NCBI GenBank assembly: GCA_050253415.1
Contig: JBFWJC010000004.1
Location: 284,536-348,535 of the forward strand
Reading direction: 5' to 3'
Length of the DNA stretch: 64,000 bases
DNA from: Pedobacter sp.
Lineage (GTDB): Bacteria; Desulfobacterota; Desulfuromonadia; Desulfuromonadales; Syntrophotaleaceae
A program made the position numbers and the translations under genes. Shown one piece after another: positions 1-10,093 of the stretch. Position 1 is the first letter of the stretch, and every line of letters starts with the position of its first letter. The notes beneath the pieces are model-generated. The model had not been told where the DNA came from, made no database searches, and worked only from the letters and a program-made list of their open reading frames with translations.

Positions 1-503
1 CGCCCGCCGGCCGCTCCACTCCGGCTGCGTCACAGGGGATAAACGGCAAGAGCAAAAATAATCGCAAAAGCGTTTAAAAAAAACTAGCAGCGCCGGTTCC
101 AGCAACAGCTGCGCGGCGAGCTGTGCGCTCCACCTTCGCTGGCAAATGAAGCCCAACGCAGACGCGCCGCCTGTTCTTTCTCGGTAAGGTGCGTCTAGCC
201 AAGCTCCTTCGTGACAGACATAATGGCGAAGCCAGACCCTGCGTCCTTTCTTTGCTTACTTTCTTTAGACGGGTAAAGAAAGTAAGCCGGCTGCCGGCCG
301 GGACCGGCGAACTTGATGTTAAAACTTTTTGCACCAGGCTCGAACTTCAATACAGCAAATTCACAGTGGATAATCGTTGTAGCCGTTTACAAAACCTTGC
401 GGCACCCAACAAATCTGTTGCAAATCAAACGTATATGCTTCATATACAGATGCTTTTCTTCAACACCGTCCCGATCTGCGGCACGTCCGCATAAGGCAAA
501 TTT

Positions 504-956
504 ATGAAACTGGAAATTGGCTGGCGCGAATGGCTGGCACTGCCCGAGCTGGGGATACCCGCCATCAAGGCCAAGGTCGATACCGGCGCACGCACCTCAG
601 CCCTGCACGCATTTTTTATCGAACCGTTCGAAAGAGACGGGAAGGAGCATGTCCGCTTCGGGCTGCACCCCCTACAACGCCGCACCGACATCGAGAAGAT
701 TTGCGAGGCGCCGGTCAAGGATCGCAGGATTGTAACCGACAGCGGCGGACACCGGGAATCGCGTTATATTATCGAAACCATGGTTTGCTTCAGGGAGTAT
801 CACTGGCCGATTGAAATCACCCTGACAAATCGCGAAACCATGTTGTTTCGCATGTTGTTGGGGAGATCGGCCATGGCCGGACGATTCTATGTCGACCCGG
901 CCGCGTCTTATCTGGGGGGCCGTCACCATGGCAAAATCTACACGCAGGAAGGTTGA
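504..956 (+). CDS. RimK-associated putative protease (RimB-like, retropepsin-type fold)
   Basis: [28 protein letters not shown] and MLLGR motifs; lies directly upstream of rimK. Confidence 0.85.
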   Translation: MKLEIGWREWLALPELGIPAIKAKVDTGARTSALHAFFIEPFERDGKEHVRFGLHPLQRRTDIEKICEAPVKDRRIVTDSGGHRESRYIIETMVCFREYHWPIEITLTNRETMLFRMLLGRSAMAGRFYVDPAASYLGGRHHGKIYTQEG

Positions 957-958
957 CA

Positions 959-1864
959 ATGAAAATCGGAATTTTATCGCGGAACCCTGAGCTGTACTCA
1001 ACCCGAAAGCTGTATGAAGCCGCCGTCATCCGTGGTCACCAGGCCCGGGTTATCGACCCGCTGCTCTGCTATATGACCATCGCCTCCGAGCGCCCGACCA
1101 TTCACTACAAGGGCGACGAATTGACCGGCTTTGATGCCATCATCCCCCGCATCGGCGCCTCCATCACCTTTTACGGAACGGCAGTAGTGCGGCAGTTTGA
1201 AATGATGAAGGTCTACAGTGTCAACGAATCGGTGGCTATCAGCCGCTCCCGGGACAAACTGCGCAGTCTGCAGCTGTTGTCCCGCAAGGGGATCGGCCTG
1301 CCGGTTACCGGATTTGCCCATTCGACCAAATATACCCAGGATTTGATTTCCCGGGTAGGCGGCGCGCCGCTGGTGGTCAAATTGCTGGAAGGCACACAGG
1401 GAATCGGGGTGGTTCTGGCCGAGACGCAAAAAGCGGCCGAAAGCGTTATCGAAGCATTCAAGGGCTTGAAAGAGCAGATCCTGGTGCAGGAATTCATCCA
1501 TGAAGCCGGTGCCGCCGACATACGTTGCCTGGTGGTGGGCGATAAAGTCGTGGCGGCCATGAAACGCCAGGGCGCCGAAGGCGAATTCCGCTCCAACATT
1601 CATCGCGGCGGAAAAGCATCGATCATCCGCCTCTCCCCGGAAGAGCGGGCCACCGCCGTGCGCTCGGCCCGTATCATGGGACTTAACGTGGCCGGGGTCG
1701 ATATCCTGCAGTCTCACCGTGGCCCGATCGTCATGGAGGTCAACTCGTCGCCGGGTCTGGAAGGGATCGAAACAGCCACGGGCCTGGATGTTGCCGACAA
1801 GATCATCCAGTTTATCGAAAAGCATACCAAACCGGGCAAGACCAAAACCCGTGGCAAAGGTTGA
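959..1864 (+). CDS. rimK: RimK alpha-L-glutamate ligase (ATP-grasp)
   Basis: [42 protein letters not shown] and [10 protein letters not shown] motifs; ATG at 959. Confidence 0.93.
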   Translation: MKIGILSRNPELYSTRKLYEAAVIRGHQARVIDPLLCYMTIASERPTIHYKGDELTGFDAIIPRIGASITFYGTAVVRQFEMMKVYSVNESVAISRSRDKLRSLQLLSRKGIGLPVTGFAHSTKYTQDLISRVGGAPLVVKLLEGTQGIGVVLAETQKAAESVIEAFKGLKEQILVQEFIHEAGAADIRCLVVGDKVVAAMKRQGAEGEFRSNIHRGGKASIIRLSPEERATAVRSARIMGLNVAGVDILQSHRGPIVMEVNSSPGLEGIETATGLDVADKIIQFIEKHTKPGKTKTRGKG

Positions 1865-1865
1865 C

Positions 1866-2894
1866 ATGCAGGAGCCTCTCGCTATCGGGGATACGATCAT
1901 TCAGGCAGGGCAACGCACTACGGTTGCCCTGCCGATGGCCAAACTCTACACCCACACCGATATGACCCTCACGGCCCACGTGATTCATGGGCGCAAACCG
2001 GGGCCGCGACTGTTTATCTGCTCCACCTTGCATGGCGATGAAATCAACGGCATCGAAATTGTCCGTCAGGTGCTCAAACGCAAAGATATCAACAACCTGC
2101 ATGGCACCCTGATCGCTATTCCGGTGGTCAACAGTTTCGGATTCATCCAGCGCAGCCGTTACCTCCCCGACCACCGTGATTTGAACCGCTCCTTCCCCGG
2201 CTCGGAAAAGGGGTCGCTTGGTTCGAGGCTGGCGGCGCTGTTCCTAAAAGAAATTGTCGCAGGCTGTACCCACGGCATCGATCTGCACACAGGGTCGAAT
2301 CATCGGTTTAACCTGCCCCAGGTTCGCGCCTGCCTGGATGATCCGGAAACCGAGCGCCTGGCGCATGCCTTCGGTGCGCCGGTGGTTATCAATTCCCATG
2401 TACGCGACGGTTCGCTACGGGCGGCCATGGCCGACATGGGAATCACCGTGCTGCTGTACGAATCGGGGGAAGCCTTCCGCTTCGACGATCTGTCGATCCG
2501 CACCGGCGTCAAAGGGATCGTCTCGGTGATGCGCGCTATCGGCATGCTCCCACCGAAGACGGCGACACCTACCCAAGCGATCTTCAAGGCCCATTCCTCC
2601 AAATGGGTGCGCGCGCCGATCAGCGGCATGCTCACAAAATCGGTGAAGACGGGGAAAATGGTCGCCAAAGGGGATATCCTGGGCAATGTATGTGATCCCT
2701 TCGGGGAAAACGAGAGGACCGTGTGCGCGCCGCTTTCAGGCCTGGTTATCGGCCGACTCAACATGCCGCTGGTCTACCAGGGCGATGCCCTTTTTCATTT
2801 AGCCACCCGGGAAGAAGAAGCGGACGCCGCTCAAAATCAGGAAGAAGTGGTTTCACCCCTGGGACAGGAAGATTTCTGGCCGGCACACAGATGA
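1866..2894 (+). CDS. Succinylglutamate desuccinylase/aspartoacylase family (M14-like) deacylase
   Basis: HGDEING, DLNRSFPG, IDLHTG and LYESGE motifs; ATG at 1866 right after the rimK stop. Confidence 0.88.
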   Translation: MQEPLAIGDTIIQAGQRTTVALPMAKLYTHTDMTLTAHVIHGRKPGPRLFICSTLHGDEINGIEIVRQVLKRKDINNLHGTLIAIPVVNSFGFIQRSRYLPDHRDLNRSFPGSEKGSLGSRLAALFLKEIVAGCTHGIDLHTGSNHRFNLPQVRACLDDPETERLAHAFGAPVVINSHVRDGSLRAAMADMGITVLLYESGEAFRFDDLSIRTGVKGIVSVMRAIGMLPPKTATPTQAIFKAHSSKWVRAPISGMLTKSVKTGKMVAKGDILGNVCDPFGENERTVCAPLSGLVIGRLNMPLVYQGDALFHLATREEEADAAQNQEEVVSPLGQEDFWPAHR

Positions 2895-2907
2895 TAAGGA
2901 CAACTCC

Positions 2908-3072
2908 ATGATCACGAAAGTAACAACAATGCTTTCCGTCTCTCTCGGCGGATCGGCAGGTTGGTGGCTCGGTGCAAAAGTCGGCTTCATGACCGGCTAT
3001 TTTCTTGCCGTATTCGGAGCCTCCGCAGGTCTCTACCTGGGCCGACAATTCGGACGCAACTTCCTGGACTGA
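2908..3072 (+). CDS. Small 54-aa glycine-rich membrane protein
   Basis: Own translation: MITKVTTMLSVSLGGSAGWWLGAKVGFMTGYFLAVFGASAGLYLGRQFGRNFLD; AAGGA RBS upstream; too short for the ORF track. Confidence 0.65.
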   Translation: MITKVTTMLSVSLGGSAGWWLGAKVGFMTGYFLAVFGASAGLYLGRQFGRNFLD

Positions 3073-3274
3073 TCTTGACTTGCGGTCTCCGGTGAAAAAT
3101 TCCTGAAAAAACCATCGTCTATTCTTTTTATTCTTTTTGCGTTACCATCCGCGCCATTTCGTTTTGGTTGACGGTATCGTCTTCCTTTTTTCCTCTATAT
3201 CTCCGCCGACACCTGGACTCAATTAAGCCCTCGCTGCCGACGGACATTTTCAACCTTAATCTCGGGGGTTGGCT

Positions 3275-4945
3275 ATGTCCACTTCGTCGCTTGTACCCAA
3301 GCTCGTCACCGTTTTGCGGGAGGGCTATTCCCGCCACCAGTTTGCCAACGACCTGCTCGCCGGCCTGATCGTCGGAGTCGTGGCTTTGCCGCTGGCCATC
3401 GCCTTTGCCATCGCTTCGGGGGTCAAACCCGAACAAGGTTTGTATACCGCGGTGGTGGCCGGGTTTATCATCTCGTTGCTGTCGGGAAGCCGTGTGCAGA
3501 TCGGTGGCCCCACCGGCGCATTTGTGGTGTTGATCTTCGGCATCATGGCCAAGTATGGTTACCAGGGATTAGCCGTGGCCACCATCATGGCCGGTATCAT
3601 GCTGGTGCTGATGGGCATTGCCGGCATGGGGACCATTATCAAATACGTGCCCTACCCTGTGACGGTGGGCTTTACCGCCGGTATCGCCCTGATTATTCTG
3701 GCGGGCCAGGGGCGCGATTTTTTTGGGCTGCACATGGACACGGTGCCGTCCGAATTCATCCCTAAGCTGATGGCCTACGGAAGCCACTTGTCCTCGGTCA
3801 ATCTCTGGGCTACCGGCCTTGGCGTCTTTACCATCGCAATTATCCTGCTGTGGCCACGGGTCACGCGACGCCTGCCTGGTTCGCTCATCGCCATCCTGCT
3901 GACGACGGCACTGGTGCAATACTTCAACCTGCCCGTCGAGACCATCGGCAGCCGCTTCGGGGCTGTCCCCAATAGCCTGCCGGCGCCTCACCTGCCGGCG
4001 TTTTCCCTGGCCCAGGTGCGGGAAATGTTCTTCCCGGCGCTGTCGATCGCGCTGTTGGGTGGCATCGAATCTCTGTTATCGGCGGTAGTGGCCGACGGCA
4101 TGACCGAACGCCGCCATCGTTCCAACATGGAACTGGTAGCCCAGGGGGTGGCCAATATCCTCTCGCCGATTTTCGGCGGCATCCCCGCCACCGGCGCGAT
4201 CGCCCGCACCGCTACCAACATCAAAAACGGCGGTCGCACACCCGTCGCCGGGCTGATTCATGCTGCGACCTTGTTGCTGATTTTGATCTTTTTCGGTAAA
4301 TGGGCCGCCCTCATCCCCATGGCCACCCTGGCCGGGATCCTGGTGGTGGTGGCCTGCCACATGGGCGAATGGCAACTGTTCGCACGCCTGATGCGCTGCC
4401 CGCGCGGCGACGTGGCGGTGCTGCTGTCGACCTTTTTACTGACGCTGTTCATCGATCTGACCGTGGCGATCCAGGTCGGCATGTTGTTGGCGATGGTATT
4501 GTTCATGCGCCGCATGGCCGAAACGACCCACGTTGAAAAAATGCCCGACCTGCTCAAAGAGGACGAGGAAAACATCGGCGACCCCTTGAGTATGAGTTCG
4601 CGCAAAGTCCCTGCCGGGGTGGAGGTTTACGAAGTTGCCGGGCCGTTCTTTTTCGGCGCCGCGGACAAGTTCAAACGGGCATTGGGTACGGTGGCCGGTC
4701 GGCCAAAGGTACTGGTGTTGCGCCTGCGCCATGTCCCTATCATCGATGCCACAGGGCTCGAAGCACTCGAAAACCTCTACAAGAAGACCTCCCGCGGCGG
4801 AACACGGCTCATTTTGTCTGGGGTATCGCCGGGAGTGCGGCACGTCATGGTCCGGTCGGGCTTCATCCATCGCATCGGCCGCAACAATATCTGCGGGGAC
4901 ATCGACTCGGCTTTGGAGCGTGCCGCAAAAGGGCTTGAGGGATAA
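3275..4945 (+). CDS. SulP family anion permease with C-terminal STAS domain
   Basis: DLLAGLIVGVVALPLAIAFA, QIGGPTGAF, GPFFFGAA and IDATG motifs. Confidence 0.92.
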   Translation: MSTSSLVPKLVTVLREGYSRHQFANDLLAGLIVGVVALPLAIAFAIASGVKPEQGLYTAVVAGFIISLLSGSRVQIGGPTGAFVVLIFGIMAKYGYQGLAVATIMAGIMLVLMGIAGMGTIIKYVPYPVTVGFTAGIALIILAGQGRDFFGLHMDTVPSEFIPKLMAYGSHLSSVNLWATGLGVFTIAIILLWPRVTRRLPGSLIAILLTTALVQYFNLPVETIGSRFGAVPNSLPAPHLPAFSLAQVREMFFPALSIALLGGIESLLSAVVADGMTERRHRSNMELVAQGVANILSPIFGGIPATGAIARTATNIKNGGRTPVAGLIHAATLLLILIFFGKWAALIPMATLAGILVVVACHMGEWQLFARLMRCPRGDVAVLLSTFLLTLFIDLTVAIQVGMLLAMVLFMRRMAETTHVEKMPDLLKEDEENIGDPLSMSSRKVPAGVEVYEVAGPFFFGAADKFKRALGTVAGRPKVLVLRLRHVPIIDATGLEALENLYKKTSRGGTRLILSGVSPGVRHVMVRSGFIHRIGRNNICGDIDSALERAAKGLEG

Positions 4946-5102
4946 GCGCCCCGTCAGCCGCTTGAAAAAATCCAAACTAAGAGCCTCTGAAAAACGAACT
5001 TTTGCAGGCCATTAAAAATTGCTTTTAAACTGTTTCAATTAATGTTAGTTAGATGGGCATGTCTGTTATTTCAACCCTCATGGGAAAGGAGAATTTTGCA
5101 TT

Positions 5103-5432
5103 ATGAAATATGTGACCATGTCCTTGTCTATCGTGTTTTTAGCCCTCATGACGGCAACGGTATTCGCCGGAAGCATGCCGGACTACAAATGCGCCGAGCA
5201 GAACACACGCTGTGAAAAAGCTTGCGATGAAATGGCGGAAGGATCCAAAAACGCCAACGCTTATCAGCGTTGTCTGGATCGCTGCCAGGAAGCTAATCAG
5301 AGATGCGAAGAGCGCCAGTCCAAGACCACCGGTTGTGCCGAAGCCTTCATGGACTGCACCAAAGAGGCGGCCGGCAATGAGGAAGCTCAGGAAGGCTGCC
5401 GTGAAGCGTACCGACTCTGCAAAGACAACTGA
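5103..5432 (+). CDS. Exported cysteine-rich small protein
   Basis: Signal peptide ending ATVFA; 10 Cys in the mature part; AAGGAGA RBS. Confidence 0.75.
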   Translation: MKYVTMSLSIVFLALMTATVFAGSMPDYKCAEQNTRCEKACDEMAEGSKNANAYQRCLDRCQEANQRCEERQSKTTGCAEAFMDCTKEAAGNEEAQEGCREAYRLCKDN

Positions 5433-5530
5433 TTTTTCGGTTCAAAATTAATAACGGCAGGTCCTCACACGGGATCTGCCGTTTATCGTTGCACCCATCC
5501 CGTCGTTCAACAAAACAGGGAGATTCCTCC

Positions 5531-5950
5531 ATGAAATCCTGGGTTACCACAGCAATCATGGCCACCCTTCTGGCATGCACCGCATGCGCTTCATCCAACA
5601 ACGGGCCCGCACAAGAAACCGCGACGCCACTCTTTCAGCGGCCCCCCCAATACCAGGGCGGAACATTTACCGAAGGAGACTGGAGCTATGTGCTAACCAT
5701 CCGCAACCCCGGCAGCCGCAGCGAAGGCTCGGAAGGCCGGTTATATTATCAAGGCAGGGAGATTCCGAGACCCGTGCAATTATCTGATTTTTACGATACG
5801 CCGCTGGGAATATTCCGCCATACGGGAGTCGAGGCGGGACAGGAACAGCTTCCGTGGGATACGACCGGATGGATGCGGCAAAGCGAGGATTCCCCGGCCA
5901 CAGAAGGCAAGGCCTTACCCTGGCCGCACCCCTTACAGACGGAAAGGTAG
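5531..5950 (+). CDS. Putative lipoprotein
   Basis: MKSWVTTAIMATLLACTAC lipobox-like N-terminus; GGAG RBS. Confidence 0.7.
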   Translation: MKSWVTTAIMATLLACTACASSNNGPAQETATPLFQRPPQYQGGTFTEGDWSYVLTIRNPGSRSEGSEGRLYYQGREIPRPVQLSDFYDTPLGIFRHTGVEAGQEQLPWDTTGWMRQSEDSPATEGKALPWPHPLQTER

Positions 5951-5959
5951 GGGATTGCT

Positions 5960-6283
5960 ATGAAGGACAAAGCTCCTTTGGTCCCTGCCGAACGCTTAGC
6001 GACCTTGCGCCAACAGATCATGGACCTGCTGCAGCAACATCCCATGACGGCCAAAGACCTATCCATGGCCATCGGCATCGGGGAAAAACAGATTTATCCC
6101 CACCTTGAACATATTCAACAGAGCCTGCGCCAGCAAAACCGATCATTGCAGGTCACACCCTCTATCTGCAAACAGTGTGGATTCGCATTCAAAAAACGCG
6201 AGCGCTATAAAAAACCGGGCAAATGCCCGGTATGTCGTGGCGAAGCTATTGAAGAACCGGTATTTTTCCTTCCCACCGATTGA
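5960..6283 (+). CDS. HTH plus Zn-ribbon transcriptional regulator (COG3357-like)
   Basis: N-terminal HTH; CKQCGF..KKPGKCPVC motif. Confidence 0.8.
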   Translation: MKDKAPLVPAERLATLRQQIMDLLQQHPMTAKDLSMAIGIGEKQIYPHLEHIQQSLRQQNRSLQVTPSICKQCGFAFKKRERYKKPGKCPVCRGEAIEEPVFFLPTD

Positions 6284-6340
6284 ATATCCCCCGCTTTCCT
6301 TGCCATACTCCACAAACACGGAATAAACCTGCTGGAGCTC

Positions 6341-6562
6341 TTATCGTAGCGGATCGAACAGATATTCCAGGCCGTTAACTTTGATCTCGTGCACCGCCTG
6401 CAACATGCGCCCCAGTTTGCCCGGCGGGAACCCCTGACCGGCAAACCACACCACATACGGTTCGGGCAGGTCGATAAGGCGACTGCCCTTGTATTTACCG
6501 AACGGCATGCGCATCTCGGCCAGTTCCAGAAGATGGGATGAATCGAAAACAACGGTTTCCAT
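6341..6562 (-). CDS. DUF3820 (YpeB-like) family protein
   Basis: MPFGKYKG..LIDLPEPYVVWF..GFPPGKLG..EIKVNGLEYL. Confidence 0.85.
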   Translation of the reverse strand: METVVFDSSHLLELAEMRMPFGKYKGSRLIDLPEPYVVWFAGQGFPPGKLGRMLQAVHEIKVNGLEYLFDPLR

Positions 6563-6569
6563 GGGCGGT

Positions 6570-7547
6570 TTACTCCAATTCCGCAAGCAAGGCGTTAAAC
6601 AATTGCATATTGCGACATTTTTTAAGTTTTTCAATGGTTTTTATAAACGCGGGTTCATCGATCAACTTGAGTATCTCGCGAAGCTTCCCCAGCACCTGGG
6701 TATCACCGCAAAACAGCTCGGTGTAACGGCCCGACACCTCGGTCAAATAACGCCGCAGCATACCGACCCGCTGCCGCCGGTTCGGCTGAGCGGGCGCTTT
6801 GCGCCGCAACCGCTCAAACAACAACGGATCGGCAATGGCACCGCGTCCCAACATCAAGCCGGCAATGCCGCCCTGATCGAGTAACCGCCAACCATCTGCG
6901 GCCCTGCGGATATCGCCGTTGGCAATAACCGGCAAGCAGGTCCGCTCGGCTACCGCAGCCGTAATGGCGTGATCGGCGTGCCCACCATAGCCCTGCACCA
7001 CGGTGCGGGGATGCAGGATAAAAAAGTCGACACCGGCATCCTCCAGCATGGGCAGCAGAGAAAAAATCTGGGAGGGATCATCGTAACCGGCCCGCAGTTT
7101 GACGGAAAAAGAGCCCTTCGCCACCTTGCGCAGGCCGGTCAGCATCGAAGCCAGACGCTCCGGCTGAGCCAACAAGTTCCCACCAACCGCCGCGCTGGTC
7201 ATGCGCCCGTGGGGACAACCGAGGTTCAGGTTGATATGCCGGGCACCCGCCTGCTGGGCGGACTGGGCCGCCGTGGCCAAAGCCTGGCTGTCATGGCCGA
7301 TGAGCTGTACAACCAGCGGGACGTCCTCGTCGCAACCGGTGTTCCACTGCTTCCCGGTAAAAACCGGCATGCGCCCCGGAGCCACCCGTACAAACTCGGT
7401 GAACAACACGTCGGGGCGTCCCAAACCGGCAAACACCGCCCGTAACGCCGCGTTGGTCAGCCCCTGCATGGGCGCCAGCATGAGCGGCTTTTGGCCATCG
7501 GGCCAGGGCAACCGCCTCGCTGAAAAACTTGTATCGGGAGCAGGCAT
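6570..7547 (-). CDS. tRNA-dihydrouridine synthase family protein
   Basis: LAPMQG, NLNLGCP, HPRT, VIANGDI and MLGRGA motifs. Confidence 0.88.
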   Translation of the reverse strand: MPAPDTSFSARRLPWPDGQKPLMLAPMQGLTNAALRAVFAGLGRPDVLFTEFVRVAPGRMPVFTGKQWNTGCDEDVPLVVQLIGHDSQALATAAQSAQQAGARHINLNLGCPHGRMTSAAVGGNLLAQPERLASMLTGLRKVAKGSFSVKLRAGYDDPSQIFSLLPMLEDAGVDFFILHPRTVVQGYGGHADHAITAAVAERTCLPVIANGDIRRAADGWRLLDQGGIAGLMLGRGAIADPLLFERLRRKAPAQPNRRQRVGMLRRYLTEVSGRYTELFCGDTQVLGKLREILKLIDEPAFIKTIEKLKKCRNMQLFNALLAELE

Positions 7548-7896
7548 GAAACACTCACAATGAAGTAAAGACGAAAGAAGAGCGGGCCGCCAGGAAACAG
7601 CGACCTTAAAAAGGCAGGATAACTCTAAAGGGCATGGCAGTGCCAGCCCCTTTTGAGCTTCCCCCCTGTGTCAGCATAATGTCGCCTCTAACTGAACTCA
7701 AAACAACAAAACGGCCCTGCCAACGTTCCTTGCGGGCTCTATATTTTGTGACAACCATGTATCGGTATGAGAAACAACCGGGAGCGTCTACCAAACCAGG
7801 GGCGATTTAGTGTCGTTTGTTTGCCATCATGGATGCTTACGCTATAGTGATTAAGTAAGGATCAATCATAAATTCTCAACGGAAAGGGGAAAGGAT

Positions 7897-8103
7897 ATGC
7901 TAGTACAGGATGGCGATGTATTAATCGGCAAAGCTGGCGAGTATGACGTGGAACTGACCGTAACCAAAGTCTGCAAAGGAGACGTTTGCTGGACGGAGTG
8001 CGATGCCGACCTGGTATGCAACGGTGAACCGTTGGTGCCCGTCTCATCCGGATCGCGCTTGTCCGAACGCGATCCCCAACGTATGGATCGTGTGATCAGG
8101 TAA
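7897..8103 (+). CDS. Small hypothetical Cys-containing protein
   Basis: 68 aa with a strong GGAAAGGA RBS; fills the gap between two minus-strand genes. Confidence 0.6.
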   Translation: MLVQDGDVLIGKAGEYDVELTVTKVCKGDVCWTECDADLVCNGEPLVPVSSGSRLSERDPQRMDRVIR

Positions 8104-8232
8104 AAGAGCGTTTTGCACCTGAGTTGCTCGAAGGACAGCCTTGATCGGTCCTGATCACCCCAGGCTAAGCCTTGGGTGATAATGCAAACTTTTGTTGAGC
8201 AACCGTTCCACCTATTACCACCCATCAGGCAC

Positions 8233-8265
8233 GAAGAGCCCGCCAAGTGAACTTGCGGGCTCTTC
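8233..8265. terminator. Hairpin between convergent genes, probable terminator
   Basis: gaagagcccgc-caagtgaactt-gcgggctcttc inverted repeat. Confidence 0.6.
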
Positions 8266-8308
8266 TCATATTGTGCAGTATTCGCAAAAACCTGCTACCA
8301 GGTTGATC

Positions 8309-9610
8309 TTATCTCTGTTGGTTGACAGCCAGGGCGGCGATTTGCGCCTGGCGGGCATAGTCGATCGATTCGGCCAGGATACGGGCCGCCTCCTGCGGGC
8401 TGTGAAAGCCGGTGCTGTTTTCCGACGAGACGAAATCCCAGCGCAGTTGCGCACGGCGGTGCAGATGCCGGGCCTGCGCCAGCTGGGCATCGGTCGCTCC
8501 GGCCTGTTGCTGCTGCACGATGGCGTCCATGGCCGCCAGCAGCGCTTCTTCGCTTTTGCGCAGCAGTGCGGCGGTCTTATTCTGAATCAGGATGACGCGT
8601 TCCTTCAACTCCTGCTCGGGCAGGTTATGACAGCTCTGGCAGGCCTGATTGAGATTGGTCAACGGGCTGCGCACCCAGTGGTCGGAAACCTTGACGCTCC
8701 CCTGTCGGACATACGGCATGTGACAATCCGCGCAGGCCACGCCGGAACGGGCATGAATGCCGGTGCCCCACATTTCGAATTCGGGGTGCTGCATCTTGAG
8801 CATCGGCGCGCCGGTTTCCTTATGGGTCCAGTCTTTGAATCCATAGGCATCGTAATGCTCCTCGATGGCGTCGATGGTACGGCCACGGCTCCAAGGGAAG
8901 GTCAGCAGCTTGTTGTCGCCCTTGAAGTAATATTCCACATGGCATTGGCCGCACACGTAGGAGCGCATCTGTTGGCGATCGGCCTTGGTGACATCGACGC
9001 CGACCTCCGCCATGGCGTTGATGAACGCGGGACGGGTCACACGCAACGCCATGGTTTTGGGATCATGGCAATCGGCGCAGGACGAACCGGTGTGCAGCAT
9101 CGGCTCAAGCTCGTTATACGGGGTGTGGTTGAAGGCCTCCCAGCCCATCTTTTCGATCAGCCCGGGGGCCTCGGCGGCATGGCAGTTGACGCAGGCGCCG
9201 GGCTGGCTGACGACTTTGACGCGCTGGGTATTTTTCTGATCGGTAACGGCATAATAATGCCCGCGCTCTTCGTTGTGATCGATGCTGAAGGCATAACCGG
9301 CCCACAGGCGCTTCATGGCCGGATAACGCTCCAGCTTGCTGTAGGGTTCGGACCCGCCGTAAGCGGTGCTGCCGTAGTTGGTTTCCGTCTTGACGAAGGA
9401 ATCGTATTCAAACGGAAAGTTTTTACCCCACACCGCCGGGTCGATTTCCTTGTCGCCGATCTCGACCACTTTCAGCGGATACTGCAAGGCCTCCAGCTTG
9501 CGCTGACGGATGTTGAGCAGCAACAAAGCTACCGCCACACTGCCGGCCACAGCGACCAGAAACACGATCACCGACAGCCGCCATGGAGAAAAAAGGGATT
9601 TGAACGTCAT
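8309..9610 (-). CDS. nrfA: Ammonia-forming cytochrome c nitrite reductase NrfA (CXXCH-type first heme)
   Basis: LWAGYAFS..ERGH; five heme motifs CVNCH, CADCH, CGQCHVEYYF, CADCHMP, CQSCH; KMQHPEFE. Confidence 0.92.
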   Translation of the reverse strand: MTFKSLFSPWRLSVIVFLVAVAGSVAVALLLLNIRQRKLEALQYPLKVVEIGDKEIDPAVWGKNFPFEYDSFVKTETNYGSTAYGGSEPYSKLERYPAMKRLWAGYAFSIDHNEERGHYYAVTDQKNTQRVKVVSQPGACVNCHAAEAPGLIEKMGWEAFNHTPYNELEPMLHTGSSCADCHDPKTMALRVTRPAFINAMAEVGVDVTKADRQQMRSYVCGQCHVEYYFKGDNKLLTFPWSRGRTIDAIEEHYDAYGFKDWTHKETGAPMLKMQHPEFEMWGTGIHARSGVACADCHMPYVRQGSVKVSDHWVRSPLTNLNQACQSCHNLPEQELKERVILIQNKTAALLRKSEEALLAAMDAIVQQQQAGATDAQLAQARHLHRRAQLRWDFVSSENSTGFHSPQEAARILAESIDYARQAQIAALAVNQQR

Positions 9611-9625
9611 GCTCGGTTCCTTTCC

Positions 9626-10093
9626 TTATCTGCGAGTACCATGACCGACATTGCCATGGCAGTGCAGGCAATCGGCCTGTTGCCCGCCGGCATTGCGCAC
9701 CATACGATCGATTACGGGACGATGGCAGCGAATGCAGTTGGCCACGGCTATCTGACGATTGAAGGGACGGATGCGCAAAGGGTCCTGCAAATGGCCGGTG
9801 GTGAAGGCCTTGCTGTGGTTCCAGCCGTTAATGGCCTTGACGGCATATTTGCCGATGAGATTGTGAGGGGTGTGGCAGCTGTTGCAGTTGGCCACGGCTT
9901 TGTGGCTGCCGCGATTCCAGGCATCATAGGTATCGCGCATGATATGGCAGTTGAGGCAGGCACGCGGGTCATCGCGAAAATAAGACAGGCCCCGCGCATA
10001 GATGAAGGTCAGCCCGGAAAGCCCGATCAGCACTCCCAGGGAAAGTGGCAGCAGCCATCGAAACGTTGCTGAAAAACGTCGTGGAGCAGTCAT
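9626..10093 (-). CDS. nrfH: Tetraheme NrfH membrane anchor / quinol dehydrogenase
   Basis: N-terminal TM helix; CLNCHIM, CNSCH, CIRCH and CLHCH; upstream of nrfA. Confidence 0.92.
   Translation of the reverse strand: MTAPRRFSATFRWLLPLSLGVLIGLSGLTFIYARGLSYFRDDPRACLNCHIMRDTYDAWNRGSHKAVANCNSCHTPHNLIGKYAVKAINGWNHSKAFTTGHLQDPLRIRPFNRQIAVANCIRCHRPVIDRMVRNAGGQQADCLHCHGNVGHGTRR

Noticed and set aside
8192..10072. 626-aa plus-strand ORF
   Set aside because: Antisense shadow of nrfHA with no recognisable motifs; expected in GC-rich coding DNA
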